Assembly (NCBI GenBank): GCA_965112155.1
Contig: OZ218110.1
Length of the DNA stretch: 64,000 nucleotides
DNA from: Podarcis liolepis
Taxonomy: Eukaryota
Strand: one strand, 5' to 3'
Position 1 is the stretch's first letter; each line of letters opens with the position of its first letter. Both the position numbers and the translations under genes were made by a program. Below the pieces are notes generated by a model. That model searched no databases, had not been told where the DNA came from, and was given only the letters and a program-made list of their open reading frames with translations. This document shows positions 1 through 11,982 of the stretch, one piece after another.

Positions 1-322
1 TGGGAGGAGCTTATCAGACCTAGCAGGGCAGCAGTTGAAGAAGGAGCAAAAAGGGTTTTCTTGTGTGTTTCTTTGTGGCTGATTAGCTGTTTTCCCTGTG
101 CAAAGGTCAGAGGGGGCAGGGTTTCTGTTGAGGCAGGGGATTAGCTGTGGGAGGAGCTTATCAGACCTAGCAGGGCAGCAGTTGAAGAAGGAGCAAAAAG
201 GGTTTTCTTGTGTGTTTCTTTGTGGCTGATTAGCTGTTTTCCCTGTGCAAAGGTCAGAGGGGGCAGGGTTTCTGTTGAGGCAGGGGATTAGCTGTGGGAG
301 GAGCTTATCAGACCTAGCAGGG
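1..322 (+). repeat. 147-bp tandem monomers in the CR1 5' UTR (at least 2.2 copies)
   Basis: TGGGAGGAGCTTATCAGACCTAGCAGGG starts at 1, 148 and 295; the units appear identical. Confidence 0.92.
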
Positions 323-379
323 AAGCGGCGCGCACAGTTTCATCCATCTTTTAGTTTTAGGGGAGCTAAAGTTCTCAAG

Positions 380-1408
380 ATGGAGGGGGAGGGAACAGCT
401 GCAGTCGCCTGCGGTTCCTGCGCAATGTTTGCCATCTTGCCAAAGGTTGCAGGCAGCTTTACCTGCAGCAATTGCATGTTGATTGCCCTCTTAAAAGACA
501 AAGTCCAGCAACTGGAGGAACATGTAGCTACGCTCCAAAGAATTAGAGAGCTGGAGCTCTTCTTGGAAGCAACAGAGCACACCGTCTCCACCAAGGAGGA
601 GACAGGGGACTCCCCTGAGAAGGAGGCTAGTTCACCAACACAGGAGCCAGATATATGGAGAAACGTGACTCAAAGAAGTAAGAGGCCCAGGGTTCGCTCT
701 GATTGTTTAGAAATGCACAATCGCTTTGAGGTCCTCTCCCCTAACATGGAAGACGAAGAGCAGACTCCATTTGAGGATCTCTCCCTCATTACAGTCGATC
801 AGGTATATGAAGACGAGCAGCAAAGTCAGTCTTCAGGGAATGTGCAGGCGATCTTGGAACGGACAGCTCACGGAAGAACCCCGACCAAACCTAAGAGGAG
901 GCGTGTAGTGGTGATAGGGGATTCCCTACTGAGGGGAACAGAAGCAGTGATCTGTGGGCCTGACAAGATGTCTCGGGAAGTGTGCTGTCTCCCCGGGGCT
1001 AAGATCCAAGATGTAACTGAACGACTGCAAGGAATCATAAAACCCACTGACAAATACCCCTTCCTCTTGGTTCATGTGGGAACCAATGACACTGCAAGCA
1101 ATAGCCTCCAGAAGATCAAAAGAGACTACGAGGCTCTCGGCAGGAAATTGAAGCAACTAAATGCACAAATTGTCATCTCATCTGTCCTCCCAGTTAAACG
1201 ACGTGGCCCAGGGAGAGAGGGAAAAATAGTGGAAGTGAACAGCTGGCTTCGCAAATGGTGTAAACAGGAACGGTTTGGATTCTTAGATCACGGACTGCAG
1301 TTTCTTGAAGATGGACTTCTGGCAAGCAATGGGCTGCACCTCACAACGGTTGGGAGAAATGTTTTTGCAAAAAATCTCAGAAACCTCATCAGAAGGGCTT
1401 TAAACTGA
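380..1408 (+). CDS. CR1 ORF1p: zinc finger, coiled coil and SGNH/GDSL esterase domain
   Basis: First in-frame ATG at 380 (the track's GTG start at 245 lies in the UTR repeats). CxxC...CxxC, heptad [36 protein letters not shown]. Confidence 0.9.
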   Translation: MEGEGTAAVACGSCAMFAILPKVAGSFTCSNCMLIALLKDKVQQLEEHVATLQRIRELELFLEATEHTVSTKEETGDSPEKEASSPTQEPDIWRNVTQRSKRPRVRSDCLEMHNRFEVLSPNMEDEEQTPFEDLSLITVDQVYEDEQQSQSSGNVQAILERTAHGRTPTKPKRRRVVVIGDSLLRGTEAVICGPDKMSREVCCLPGAKIQDVTERLQGIIKPTDKYPFLLVHVGTNDTASNSLQKIKRDYEALGRKLKQLNAQIVISSVLPVKRRGPGREGKIVEVNSWLRKWCKQERFGFLDHGLQFLEDGLLASNGLHLTTVGRNVFAKNLRNLIRRALN

Positions 1409-1413
1409 CTAAT

Positions 1414-4335
1414 GTGGGGGAGGGAGACAGTGCTCCTGAAGGTAGGAGTCTATCAATTGATGAAGATGGTCATCCAAATGTCATAGACCAAATGGAGCAA
1501 GCAGCACGCAGACCTAGTGGTGGGAGGAAAAAATCCTTAAATAATAGACACGGGGGAATGATTAATGGACTTCAATGTCTGTACACTAATGCGCAAAGCA
1601 TGGGAAATAAACAAGATGAGCTTGAGCTCTTGGTACAGCAAACTAAATATGACATAATAGGCATCACTGAAACCTGGTGGGATAAGTCCCATGATTGGAA
1701 TGTAATAATGGGGGGATACAATCTATTTCAGAGAAACAGACCAGACAAGAAAGGAGGAGGAGTGGCGTTATATGTCAGGGATGTGTATACCTGTGAAGAA
1801 ATCCAAGATTTAGAACCTCAAAGCCAAAGTGAGAGCATTTGGGTCAAAATTAAGGGAGAGAAGAATAACAGAGACCTCATTGTGGGAGTTTACTATAGAT
1901 CCCCAAGCCAAACGGAGGACATAGATGATGCCTTCCTGGAACAGATGGCCAAGCATGCAAAAGGAAGGGAGATAGTAGTAATGGGGGACTTCAATTACCC
2001 GGATATTTGTTGGATGTCAAACTCAGCCAAGAGCATAAGGTCAAACAGATTCCTCACTGGCCTTGCAGACAACTTCATTGTCCAGAAAGTGAGAGAAGCA
2101 ACAAGAGGAACAGCCATTTTAGATCTTGTCCTAACCAATGTTGATGACCTGGTTAGTGGGGTAGAAGTGGAAGGATCATTAGGCGCGAATGATCATGCTC
2201 TTCTGAAGTTTACTATACAGCGGAAAGGAGCAGCCAAGCATACTAGGACTCAATTTCTTGACTTTAAGAAAGCCGACTTCATAAAACTTAGGGAAGTGCT
2301 GGGTGAGATCCCATGGACAGTAATACTAAAAGGAAAGGGAGTTCATGATGGCTGGGAGTTTGTTAAGAGGGAGATAGTAAAAGCACAACGTCAGGCAATA
2401 CCAATGAGACGGAAACATGGAAGGTGCTTAAAGAAGCCAGGGTGGCTATCTAAAGAACTTTTAACTGAGTTAAGATTAAAAAAGGATGTGTACAAAAAAT
2501 GGAAAAGGGGGGAAACCACCAAAGAGGAATTCAAACAAATAGCCAGCACGTGTAGACACAAAGTCAGAAAAGCTAAAGCACAGAATGAACTCAGGCTTGC
2601 TAGAGAGGTTAAAAGCAACAAAAAAGGCTTTTATGGGTATGTTCGTAGCAAAAGGAAGAACAAAGAAACAGTGGGGTCACTCAGAGGAGAAGATGGTGAA
2701 ATGCAAACAGGGGACACAGAAAGGGCTGAACTCCTCAATGCCTTCTTTGCCTCAGTCTTCTCCGATAAAGAAAACAATGCCCGACCTGAAGAATTTGGAG
2801 CAAATGATTCAGCAGAGGAAACACAGCCCAGAATAACTAAGGAGATAGTACAAGAATACTTGGCTAGTTTAGATGTATTCAAGTCTCCAGGGCCAGATGA
2901 ACTGCATCCAAGAGTATTAAAAGAACTGGCAGATGTGATCTCAGAACCACTGGCAGTCATCTTTGAGAATTCCTGGAGAACAGGCGAAGTCCCGGCAGAC
3001 TGGAGGAGGGCAAATGTTGTCCCTATTTTCAAAAAGGGGAAAAGAGAGGACCCAAATAATTACCGCCCAGTCAGTCTGACATCAGTACCAGGGAAGATTC
3101 TGGAGCAGATCATTAAGCAAACAGTCTGTGAGCACCTAGAAAGGAATGCTGTGATCACCAACAGTCAGCATGGATTTCTGAAAAATAAGTCATGTCAGAC
3201 TAACCTGATCTCGTTTTTTGACAGAATTACAAGCCTGGTAGATGAAGGGAACGCAGTGGATGTAGCCTACCTTGATTTCAGCAAGGCATTTGACAAGGTG
3301 CCCCATGACATTCTTGTAAAGAAGCTGGTAAAATGCGGTCTTGACTATGCTACCACTCAGTGGATTTGTAACTGGCTGACTGACCGAACCCAAAGGGTGC
3401 TCATCAATGGTTCCTCTTCATCCTGGAGAAGAGTGACTAGTGGGGTGCCACAGGGTTCTGTCTTGGGCCCGGTCTTATTCAACATCTTTATCAACGACTT
3501 GGATGATGGACTCAAGGGCATCCTGATCAAATTTGTAGATGACACCAAACTGGGAGGGGTGGCTAACACCCCAGAGGACAGGATCACACTTCAAAACGAC
3601 CTTGACAGATTAGAGAACTGGGCAAAAGCAAACAAGATGAATTTTAACAGGGAGAAATGTAAAGTATTGCACTTGGGCAAAAAAAATGAGAGGCACAAAT
3701 ACAAGATGGGTGACACCTGGCTTGAGAGCAGTACATGTGAAAAGGATCTAGGAGTCTTGGTTGACCACAAACTTGACATGAGCCAACAGTGTGACGCGGC
3801 AGCTAAAAAAGCCAATGCAATTCTGGGCTGCATCAATAGGAGTATAGCATCTAGATCAAGGGAAGTAATAGTGCCACTGTATTCTGCTCTGGTCAGACCT
3901 CACCTGGAGTACTGTGTCCAGTTCTGGGCACCACAATTCAAGAAGGACACTGACAAACTGGAACGTGTCCAGAGGAGGGCAACCAAAATGGTCAAAGGCC
4001 TGGAAACGATGCCTTATGAGGAACGGCTAAGGGAGCTGGGCATGTTTAGCCTGGAGAAGAGGAGGTTAAGGGGTGATATGATAGTCATGTTCAAATATAT
4101 AAAAGGATGTCACATAGAGGAGGGAGAAAGGTTGTTTTCTGCTGCTCCAGAGAAGCGGACACGGAGCAATGGATCCAAACTACAAGAAAGAAGATTCCAC
4201 CTAAACATTCGGAAGAACTTCCTGACAGTAAGAGCTGTTCGACAGTGGAATTTGCTGCCCAGGAGTGTGGTGGAGTCTCCTTCTTTGGAGGTCTTTAAGC
4301 AGAGGCTTGACAACCATATGTCAGGAGTGCTCTGA
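1414..4335 (+). CDS. CR1 ORF2p: apurinic-like endonuclease plus reverse transcriptase
   Basis: 973-aa open frame: [27 protein letters not shown] (APE); [31 protein letters not shown] (RT). Start uncertain (GTG 1414; first in-frame ATG 1492). Confidence 0.96.
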   Translation: MGEGDSAPEGRSLSIDEDGHPNVIDQMEQAARRPSGGRKKSLNNRHGGMINGLQCLYTNAQSMGNKQDELELLVQQTKYDIIGITETWWDKSHDWNVIMGGYNLFQRNRPDKKGGGVALYVRDVYTCEEIQDLEPQSQSESIWVKIKGEKNNRDLIVGVYYRSPSQTEDIDDAFLEQMAKHAKGREIVVMGDFNYPDICWMSNSAKSIRSNRFLTGLADNFIVQKVREATRGTAILDLVLTNVDDLVSGVEVEGSLGANDHALLKFTIQRKGAAKHTRTQFLDFKKADFIKLREVLGEIPWTVILKGKGVHDGWEFVKREIVKAQRQAIPMRRKHGRCLKKPGWLSKELLTELRLKKDVYKKWKRGETTKEEFKQIASTCRHKVRKAKAQNELRLAREVKSNKKGFYGYVRSKRKNKETVGSLRGEDGEMQTGDTERAELLNAFFASVFSDKENNARPEEFGANDSAEETQPRITKEIVQEYLASLDVFKSPGPDELHPRVLKELADVISEPLAVIFENSWRTGEVPADWRRANVVPIFKKGKREDPNNYRPVSLTSVPGKILEQIIKQTVCEHLERNAVITNSQHGFLKNKSCQTNLISFFDRITSLVDEGNAVDVAYLDFSKAFDKVPHDILVKKLVKCGLDYATTQWICNWLTDRTQRVLINGSSSSWRRVTSGVPQGSVLGPVLFNIFINDLDDGLKGILIKFVDDTKLGGVANTPEDRITLQNDLDRLENWAKANKMNFNREKCKVLHLGKKNERHKYKMGDTWLESSTCEKDLGVLVDHKLDMSQQCDAAAKKANAILGCINRSIASRSREVIVPLYSALVRPHLEYCVQFWAPQFKKDTDKLERVQRRATKMVKGLETMPYEERLRELGMFSLEKRRLRGDMIVMFKYIKGCHIEEGERLFSAAPEKRTRSNGSKLQERRFHLNIRKNFLTVRAVRQWNLLPRSVVESPSLEVFKQRLDNHMSGVL

Positions 4336-4763
4336 TGGTGTTTCCTGCTTGGCAGGGGGTTGGACTCGATGGCCCTTGTGGTCTCTTCCAACTCTATGAT
4401 TCTATGATTCTATACTCATGGGCTGAAGAACTAGAGAGATGTCTCTCAAGGCATCCAGGTCTCAAGGGGCTCATACAAAGTTGGTTCAGATGGAAATGTC
4501 TGAGGAAAATATGGGGAAATGATTACAGATGAAATCACCAATGGGACTTCAAGCACCATTTTATGTTAGTCATGGTTGATGGCATTTTCAGTTCTTTGCA
4601 CCATGACTCTTCCTTTGTGTGTTCCTTGTGACGTGCACAGAAATGTATCAGTCTGAATTATCTGAATACTTTTATTCAAATTCTTGATTCTGAATCAATT
4701 CAGAGGCAGCTGCTGGCAAAGGAGGGTTTTTGCCTGGGTTCAGATTCACTTCCTCTCACTGTG

Positions 4764-5208
4764 TATCTCTGCTCCACAGTAATACACAGCCGTGTCCTCA
4801 GGTTTAAGGCTGCTCATTTGCAGATAGAGGAGGCTGTTGGAATTATCCCTGGAGATGGTGAATCATCCCTTTACTTTATCCAAGTAGCAAATGTCAGATG
4901 AACCTGCATTTATACTTGCAACCCATTCCAGGACCTTTCCCTGAGCCTGTCTTCCCCAGTGCATCCATTTGCTGCTGAAGGTGAACCCAGAGACTTGACA
5001 GGAGAGGCGGAGGGACTCCCCAGGCCTTTTCACATCGCCTCCAGACTCAACCAGCTGGACCTCTGACTGGACACCTAGAAAGAAAGGCATTTTAAAAGAC
5101 CTGCTCTATGTTTTTAACACCCATGATGTACTAGCTGTCTTCAACAGAAAGGATGGATTTACCTCCAAAGGCTGCTGAAAAGAAAACAAGTTGAAGCAAA
5201 GCTATCAT
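4764..5208 (-). pseudogene. IGHV: IGHV pseudogene VH1 (family 1, clan III-like)
   Basis: Leader 5163-5208 ([15 protein letters not shown]), V exon 4764-5074 with in-frame TGA at 4863-4865 (CGA>TGA) and WGRQ. RSS CACAGTG 4757-4763, 23 bp, GCAAAAACC 4725-4733. Octamer variant ATGTAAAT 5290-5297. Confidence 0.93.
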
Positions 5209-6222
5209 TTTCCCTGTGTGAAATGTTGTCCCTAGCATGCAGGCAAAGGGAGGGTGTCTGACTGCTATAAAGAGGAAGTTTCTGTGAAGATTTACATACC
5301 CATCAGGATAAAAGGACTAGCAGAAACATTTGGCAATGTAGAACTGGAGGCATGTCTGCTCTTTGCAAAAATATTCTTCTTTGCTACCATACAATGCACA
5401 CAGCTCTTTACAGTGGTGGATTTATGTATCCATATCAGGTTAGAAAAGCAACACAGGCTTCTTTTTTTGAACATGTCCAGTGCCCTTATTAGGGATGGTG
5501 GTGAACGGCTCATTAACTTAAATGGAATGATATGATCAAATGAGGTTTCAGAAAGTTTAGATTGGGAATTAAATAAACATGTAGATAAGGGCACAGGAAA
5601 GAGGGAAAAATGTTTGTCAAATGTCATCTCTTAAAGGTTTTAAACAAAAAGGTAGAAGATACAGTTTATCCTGCCTTAAGACCAAATAATTCTGCACCAG
5701 GCAAGGCATGCTCACAGTTCCTTATTTTTACCTTTCTCAAAACAACAAAAGTCATTTATAATGTGCCCTTTGCAATGTGTGAATGAGGAAATATGAAAAA
5801 TGTGTTTGCACCCTGGGTTGCTAACATGCTGCCCATGGGTGCCCATGCATCTGCAGAAAGCTTCCCTTGTTCTCTCTCCCCCCCCCCCCCGAGATTAGCC
5901 TTTAAATAAGCACAGTCTGTATAACAGGTTGTGGTGTGTGGTGGGGTGCTTGTGGTGTTTGTGCATAGTGCCCATAACAGATTTTTCTGATATCCATATG
6001 TGCCCATGGGTTGTTGGTGGCTCCTGGCCTACATGAACCAGACACTTGAGTCACAAAAAAATAAAAAATAAAAAAATAAATGAACAGGAGAATCTTTTAC
6101 TGATCAAACAATCGCTATTGGTATCTCCAAAAGTAGAACTAGGAACAAATGTGTGTTGTTCTAAAGGTATGCCTATTTTAACCTGCTTACCTAATGAAGA
6201 GCTTATGCACCCAATGTTAATG

Positions 6223-6388
6223 NNNNNNNNNNNNNNNNNNNNNNNNNNNNNNNNNNNNNNNNNNNNNNNNNNNNNNNNNNNNNNNNNNNNNNNNNNNNNN
6301 NNNNNNNNNNNNNNNNNNNNNNNNNNNNNNNNNNNNNNNNNNNNNNNNNNNNNNNNNNNNNNNNNNNNNNNNNNNNNNNNNNNNNNNN
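6223..6388. other. Assembly gap (N run); paralogous gap at 30343-30474, another at 55142-55455
   Basis: Runs of N. The first two lie at the same position in the two duplicates. Confidence 0.99.
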
Positions 6389-6942
6389 TTATCATGCTAT
6401 CTCAACACAGGCATATGTGCACATGTGGAAAGTAATCTCAACCCAATATGTTAAATTAAACATAAAAAGGCCTTAACTTCCATAGAAATGTACAGAGTGA
6501 GCATCACGTGTTACATTGCCCATGAAAAACAATGATAGAAACAAGAATATAACCATATATAGGAAGGTGTTGAAGACAGGATCAAGATTTCTATATTTTT
6601 AAGAGTTATGCTCTCCCCTCTCAAACACTGTCAAGCAATGGATATCTCCCCCTTTCCCTGGTCCAGTGTCTACCTGAGTGCTTCAAGGAAGAGCAATGTG
6701 AAGTATAGTGAAAATAGCTGGAGCCTCTGAGAGCTGCTTGAACCTGTGCAAAACCATAACCTGGAATGTGTTTTGGGGTCTCATTGTAAAATGGGATGGT
6801 GAATGTTGATGTGCAAAAGGGGACATGAAAATATTCCTTTAAACTATAAGTTGCAATGCTTGTTCCTCAAGATTGTAATTGAGAGCAGCCATGTGAAAAG
6901 GAGGGTTTTTGTCTGGCTTCAGATTCACTTCCTCTCACTGTG

Positions 6943-7383
6943 TCTCTTGCACAGTAATACACAGCCGTGTCTTCCGATTTAAGGCTGTTCATTTGCAGAT
7001 AGAGGAGGCTGTTGGAATTGTCCCTGGAGATGGTGAATCGTCCCTTGACTTTATCCAAGTAGTAAATGTAATCAGATTGGGGATATATGTAGGCTACCCA
7101 TTCCAGGCCCTTTCCAGGAGCCTGCCTCACCCACGCCATGTAGTAGCTGCTGAAGGTGAACCCAGAGGCCTGGCAGGAGAGGTGGAGGGACTCCCTAGGC
7201 CTTTTCACATCTCCCCCAGACTCAACCAGCTGGACCTCCGACTGGACACCTAGAAAGAAAGGCATATTGAGAGACCAGATCCATGTTATGAACACCTAGA
7301 ATGTACCAGCTTTCTTTAACTGGAAGAATGAATTTACCTTCAAAAACTGCTGAAAAGAAAACCAGTTGAAGGAAAACTATCAT
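6943..7383 (-). CDS. IGHV: IGHV segment VH2 (family 1), open; CDR1 [11 protein letters not shown]2 IYPQSDYI
   Basis: Leader 7338-7383 ([15 protein letters not shown]), V exon 6943-7249 with C-W-C framework. Consensus RSS: heptamer 6936-6942, 23 bp, ACAAAAACC 6904-6912. ATGTAAAT 7487-7494. Confidence 0.96.
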
Positions 7384-8129
7384 TTTCCTGGTCTGATTCT
7401 TTGAGAGAGTTAAGCAAGAAGCGGTCCCACATGTGCATGGGAAGGGAGGTTCTCTGACTGCTTTAAAGAGGAAGCTCTCTCTGAAGATTTACATACCCAT
7501 CGGTATAAAAGTACCAACAGAGACTCTGGGCAGTGAGGGACTGGAGTCATGTCTGCACATTGTCAGAAATCTCCTTCTTTGCTGCTGCACAGTTTATACA
7601 GGTCTTTACAGTGATGCTTTGATGTATAACTCTCAGGGGGGGAAAGCAACACAAGTGTTCAGAAATTCCATCACATTCAGCATGCCCAGTATATGTACCG
7701 TTGAAGGTGGGGACCAATTTCTTACCATAAATATGGAGAGGAATTGGGCTGGAAGGATATGGTCAAATGAAGTAGAAGAAAATGTAGATTAAATAACACT
7801 TTAAATCACAGCTCAGCAAAGAAATGAAATGTCTGTGGAATGCTCTCTCTTAAAGGCTTTAAATAAATATATATATGAGTAGCATATGTATAAGAATCCC
7901 GTCTTAATGTTGAATAGTAGAGCACATGACATAACATTCTCACAGCTCCTTGTTCTTGCTCTCCTCGAAGCACAGGGAATCCTGTATTTGTAATATATAA
8001 ATGAGAAATATAAAAGCTGTGTTTACATGGGGGGGGTGTCACTAACATGGAGCTCACGAGCGCGTATATATGCAGGTTCAGTAACATTCACTATTTGTTT
8101 GTCAAGGCATCCTCCCTATTCTTTGGTCC

Positions 8130-8600
8130 TCCACAATACCAAGAATAAGATACACAACAACCAATACTTGGGTGAAATCAGGCCACAACTTTATTGACAA
8201 CAAAAGTTTGGCATAGATATTGGGTATACCCCTTCCCTTTCTGGCAAAAGAACTTGTGTTTTGGGGATAACAAGAAATGAGGGAGTCAATAAAGGGGTAT
8301 CTCCTCCACTGGATTGCACCTGGGGAGTGCTGTGGCTCCTCACCCCTGCCTGGGCATCCCAACTGATGTATCTCCCCACGATCCCTTTAACGGGATATTC
8401 CATTTCAAAGGCTCCCCTCAGAACACGACTTTGCCTATCCAATGCCAAAAACTGTCAAAGTTGTGACATTTGCAATGAGGTTGGCAAAAAGCAGAGGGCT
8501 GAGTGGGAAAATTTCAACCTGGTCCCCAATACGGTGATCGTCTATGCCATAGCAAGGTGGAGCAGAACAATATGAAATAGCAATATGTAAAGTGGGTGGG
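8130..8600 (-). mobile_element. Degenerate LTR/DIRS(Ngaro)-like repeat; paralogues near 15830, 32230, 39630 and 58330
   Basis: Minus strand reads CAATAAAGTTGTGGCC, the same polyA-region motif as the element at 18881. Homology with the paralogous flank at ~24940 stops at this point. Boundaries approximate. Confidence 0.4.
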
Positions 8601-9653
8601 TGGGAATCCAACGAAAAGTGGTTGCAGAACAAGCCATGGGCCTGTATTACATACTGGAGGAACGAGCTTTAACTTGGTTGCCCATGTTTGCTCCCGATTC
8701 ACTGATTAGGCAAGTGGACAAGGCAAATTACTGAAGCAACAAGTTTGGCCAAGAGCCTTCCTTTGATGCCTGGGAATCCCAAGTCAGATCCTGGCATGCA
8801 AGGGAATGCCAGCCAACAATGATGCCCACCCAAGAGGGGGAATTCATTTCTGATAGTATCCTCTCTTCCCAATGGAAATTTGGTTTCAAAGAATCTCTTT
8901 AGTGTAGCCAATACAACAAGTTGTGGCGTGTAGCTGGTTGTGGTGTTTGTGTGTGTAGTGCCCAGTATAGAATGTTTGATGGCCCTTGGAGTAAATGAAA
9001 AAGAGAACTGAATCACAATTTAAAAATAAATATTTGTAGATCTGATCTGGAACCTGAAATCATAATTTGAGGCCATTTTTTCATGTTCCTCCTCCACAAG
9101 AGGTCTGAAGGGTGGCAAAATGAGAAGGATCCATTTCTGAAATGTATTCCTGTTTGTGGAATGCTCTCCCCAGTGAGGATTGCCTGGAACCATCATTATA
9201 AATCTGTAGGCACCAGGCAAAACCTTTCCTCTATAACCAGGCCTTTGGCCTTTAACTATTTGTGGTCTCTTAAAAGTGGGTGAGTTGTTTTTAATGTATT
9301 CTTCTTTCCTTTTTGTTTTAACATATCTATAAAAGGTGTTTTGTTTCTTTGGTTGTAAGTCTCATTGGATTGCCCTGGGCGAGATTAAGGAACTGATAAA
9401 TTCATAATAATAACACTAATAAATGATTATAGTTTGCCTGGGGAGAGCCGTAGGTATACAGCTGCATGGCTAGCTGGCTGTCTCCGTTTGAATGGGCAGA
9501 CTATCAGTCTAAATTATTTTAACAGGTTTCTTTGGTCTCTGGCAGCTAATAGAATGTCCCTATCTTCATTTGGAATGTTGGAGGGAATGCAACTCCTCTG
9601 TTTGATTGAAGGAGGGTTATTGTCTGGCTTCAGATTCACTTCCTCTCACTGTG

Positions 9654-10094
9654 TCTCTTGCACAGTAATACACAGCCGTGTCTTCCGATTTAAGGCGGTT
9701 CATTTGCAGATAGAGGAGGCTGTTGGAATTGTCCCTGGAGATGGTGAATCTTCCCTTCACTTTATCCAAGTAGTGAATTGTACCCGAAGTGGAGCTTATG
9801 TAGGCCACCCATTCCAGGCCCTTCCCAGGAGCCTGTCTCACCCAGTGCATGCCATAGTCCCCAAAGTTGAATCCTGAGGCTTGACAGGAGAGGTGGAGGT
9901 ATTCCCCAGGCCTTTTCACATCTCCTCCAGACTCCACCAGCTGGACCTCTGATTGAACACCTAGAAAGAAGGGCATTTTTAGAATTCTGCTGCATGTTAT
10001 TAACTCCCAGAGTACCCCAACCATCTTTAACTGAAAGGATGTATTTACCTCCCAAAGCTACTGAAAGGAAAACTAGTTGAAGCAAAACTATCAT
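9654..10094 (-). CDS. IGHV: IGHV segment VH3 (family 1), open; CDR1 [11 protein letters not shown]2 ISSTSGTI
   Basis: Leader 10049-10094, V exon 9654-9960. RSS heptamer 9647-9653, nonamer ACAATAACC 9615-9623. Canonical octamer ATGCAAAT 10198-10205. Confidence 0.96.
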
Positions 10095-11868
10095 TTTACT
10101 TGTCTAAACCTGTGAGAGTGTTGAGCAAAATTTGGTCCCAAATATGCAGAGGAAGGGAGGCTGTGTGACTGCTTTAAAGGAGAAGCTTTCGCTGAAAATT
10201 TGCATACCCATCAAGATAAAAGCACCAACAGAGACTTTGGGCAATGAGCGACTAGAGGCATATCTGGACTTTGCAAAAATCTGTCTCTTTGACACTTTTT
10301 GACATTTGCAGAGCTCTTTACATCTGTGGATATGTGTACCTCACAGGATGCACAAGCAACATGGAAACTCTGGGCTCATCAACACTTCCCTTTGTCCTGT
10401 GGGTCCAGGATGTTCTTTTGTTTAGTTGCTTTCCCCTGGTTCTACTGAACCATAACAAATGTCAATCCACAGAAAACCTGGTTGATTTTTGTTCCTATTC
10501 AGTGTTAAACCATGGCTTTTCCTGGAGAAAGTGATGGGAGAAAAGAAAACACAGGAATAAGAGTAGTGTGGGCAAGCCCACTTTCACTCAGAGCATGCCA
10601 AGCACTTTGTGGAAGATAGTGTGCAATTCCTGAACATGCTTGTGGGAAGAATCAAGCTGCAATAATGTGAAGAAATGAAGTTGGAGAGAGATGATGATGA
10701 TGATTTTATTATACTTATATATAACTCTTCATCATTAAATCTCAGGAGGGTTCACAAGATTAAAATACAATGCAAAAGCACAAATAAATAGTTAAAACAT
10801 TAAGTAAGTCAGCCGTCATGACTTGTCACAGCAGCTGTGGAGGAGACTTTGGCCTGACTGTGGTGGTAGCTGAGGAAGTGGGGCATTTAAACAGAAGCCA
10901 GGGCGGCTTCTGTAGATCTGGGATGTTCTGTTCAAAGTAGGACAGTTGGAAGGTCTGCTGTACAACAAATAGTTTGTTTACACATGCCCTCAATCTATAG
11001 GCTATCCATATTTGTAGAAAAGAAGATTGTGCCATGGATTCCTTCCCCACAAACTGTTGCCCATGAGCTGAGAGCACAGAGATAATTGCTTGAAAGTTTC
11101 TCAGGGACTCAAAGTCTCAGGGGGGTTATAGAAAGTTGGTTGACCAGGAAACATCTGAGAAAGTAATTGCTTCACAGATGAAATCACCAACCGTAATTCG
11201 AGCAGCATTTTATTTCAGTCCTGGCAGATGGGGCGTTTTCTCATGTTTGCACCATGACTGCCCCCTTGTGAGAAACAAGAGGGGGAAGAGGTCTGCTTTT
11301 GTGACTAGATGCTTAATGTGCCAAATGACATTTGGTAGAGATTAATGGGTTTTCCTTCCAGTGAAGCCAAATTCTCCTTTAGACCATTTGATCATCCTGG
11401 TTTTTTTATTTTCATTCATTCGCAATTGCCTTACAAAATTTTTTTGTTTATCAATACTCAAAGAGTTTTAAAAACAAATAAGCAATGATCATACCTTGGT
11501 CACAATAATGCAATGCCATTAAACCTTGTTTTACCAAACTTTGCACCAGTGATGGAGCTTCATGCTCTGGAACCAGGGGGTGGAGAGCAGGCGGGAGAGG
11601 GGCTGGGGGCATCCCAGGGGAAGAGCGCGCCGCTGACAGGGGCGTGGCACATGTCCTGGGGGTGGGGCGTGCCACCTGCCGGGGGTGCCAGCCGCAATGG
11701 TACCCCACCAGGATCGCACTGCCAGGGGTGGTGCGCTCCTCCCCACACCTCTTCCTCCTCCAGTGCTTCTCACTGTAACCTCTGTCTACTAAACATGTTC
11801 TATACCTTTCAGTCTCACCACATGCATTTCTTTTGATTGTATAAATCCACTTGCAGAAGGAGAGAGAC

Positions 11869-11976
11869 TCTATCTATCTATCTATCTATTTATCTATCTA
11901 TCATCTATCTATCTATCATCTATCTATCATCTATCTCTATCATCATCTATCTATATACCTATCTATCATCTATCTA
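11869..11976. repeat. (TCTA)n/(TCA)n compound microsatellite; paralogue ~35979-36111
   Basis: Direct reading. Confidence 0.95.
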
Positions 11977-11982
11977 ATATAT

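Larger units (their letters stand above)
1..4413 (+). mobile_element. Near full-length CR1 LINE retrotransposon (5' end runs off the window)
   Basis: Tandem-repeat 5' UTR, ORF1, ORF2 (APE+RT), 3' UTR ending in the CR1 (ATTCTATG)n tail at ~4392-4413. The flank resumes at 4414 and matches the empty paralogous site near 27670. Confidence 0.96.

Noticed and set aside
245-379. N-terminal extension of ORF1 from GTG 245
   Set aside because: Lies in the 5' UTR monomers; ATG 380 just before the zinc finger is the plausible start.
6957-6985. Cryptic heptamer (TACTGTG) in FR3 of family-1 genes as a VH-replacement signal
   Set aside because: Present, but largely dictated by the YYC codons and common to vertebrate VH genes; nothing new here.
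6909-7253. Recurrent plus-strand ORFs over VH exons ([18 protein letters not shown]..., also 9434, 14337, 31002, 33538, 37047, 48726, 56827)
   Set aside because: Antisense shadows of the V exons; they recur only because the genes are paralogous.
7250-7295. In-frame intronic starts (MPFFLG...) and read-through past the RSS in the ORF track
   Set aside because: Artefact of unspliced ORF calling; true leader exons with GT/AG sites lie ~88 nt upstream and the V exon ends at the heptamer.
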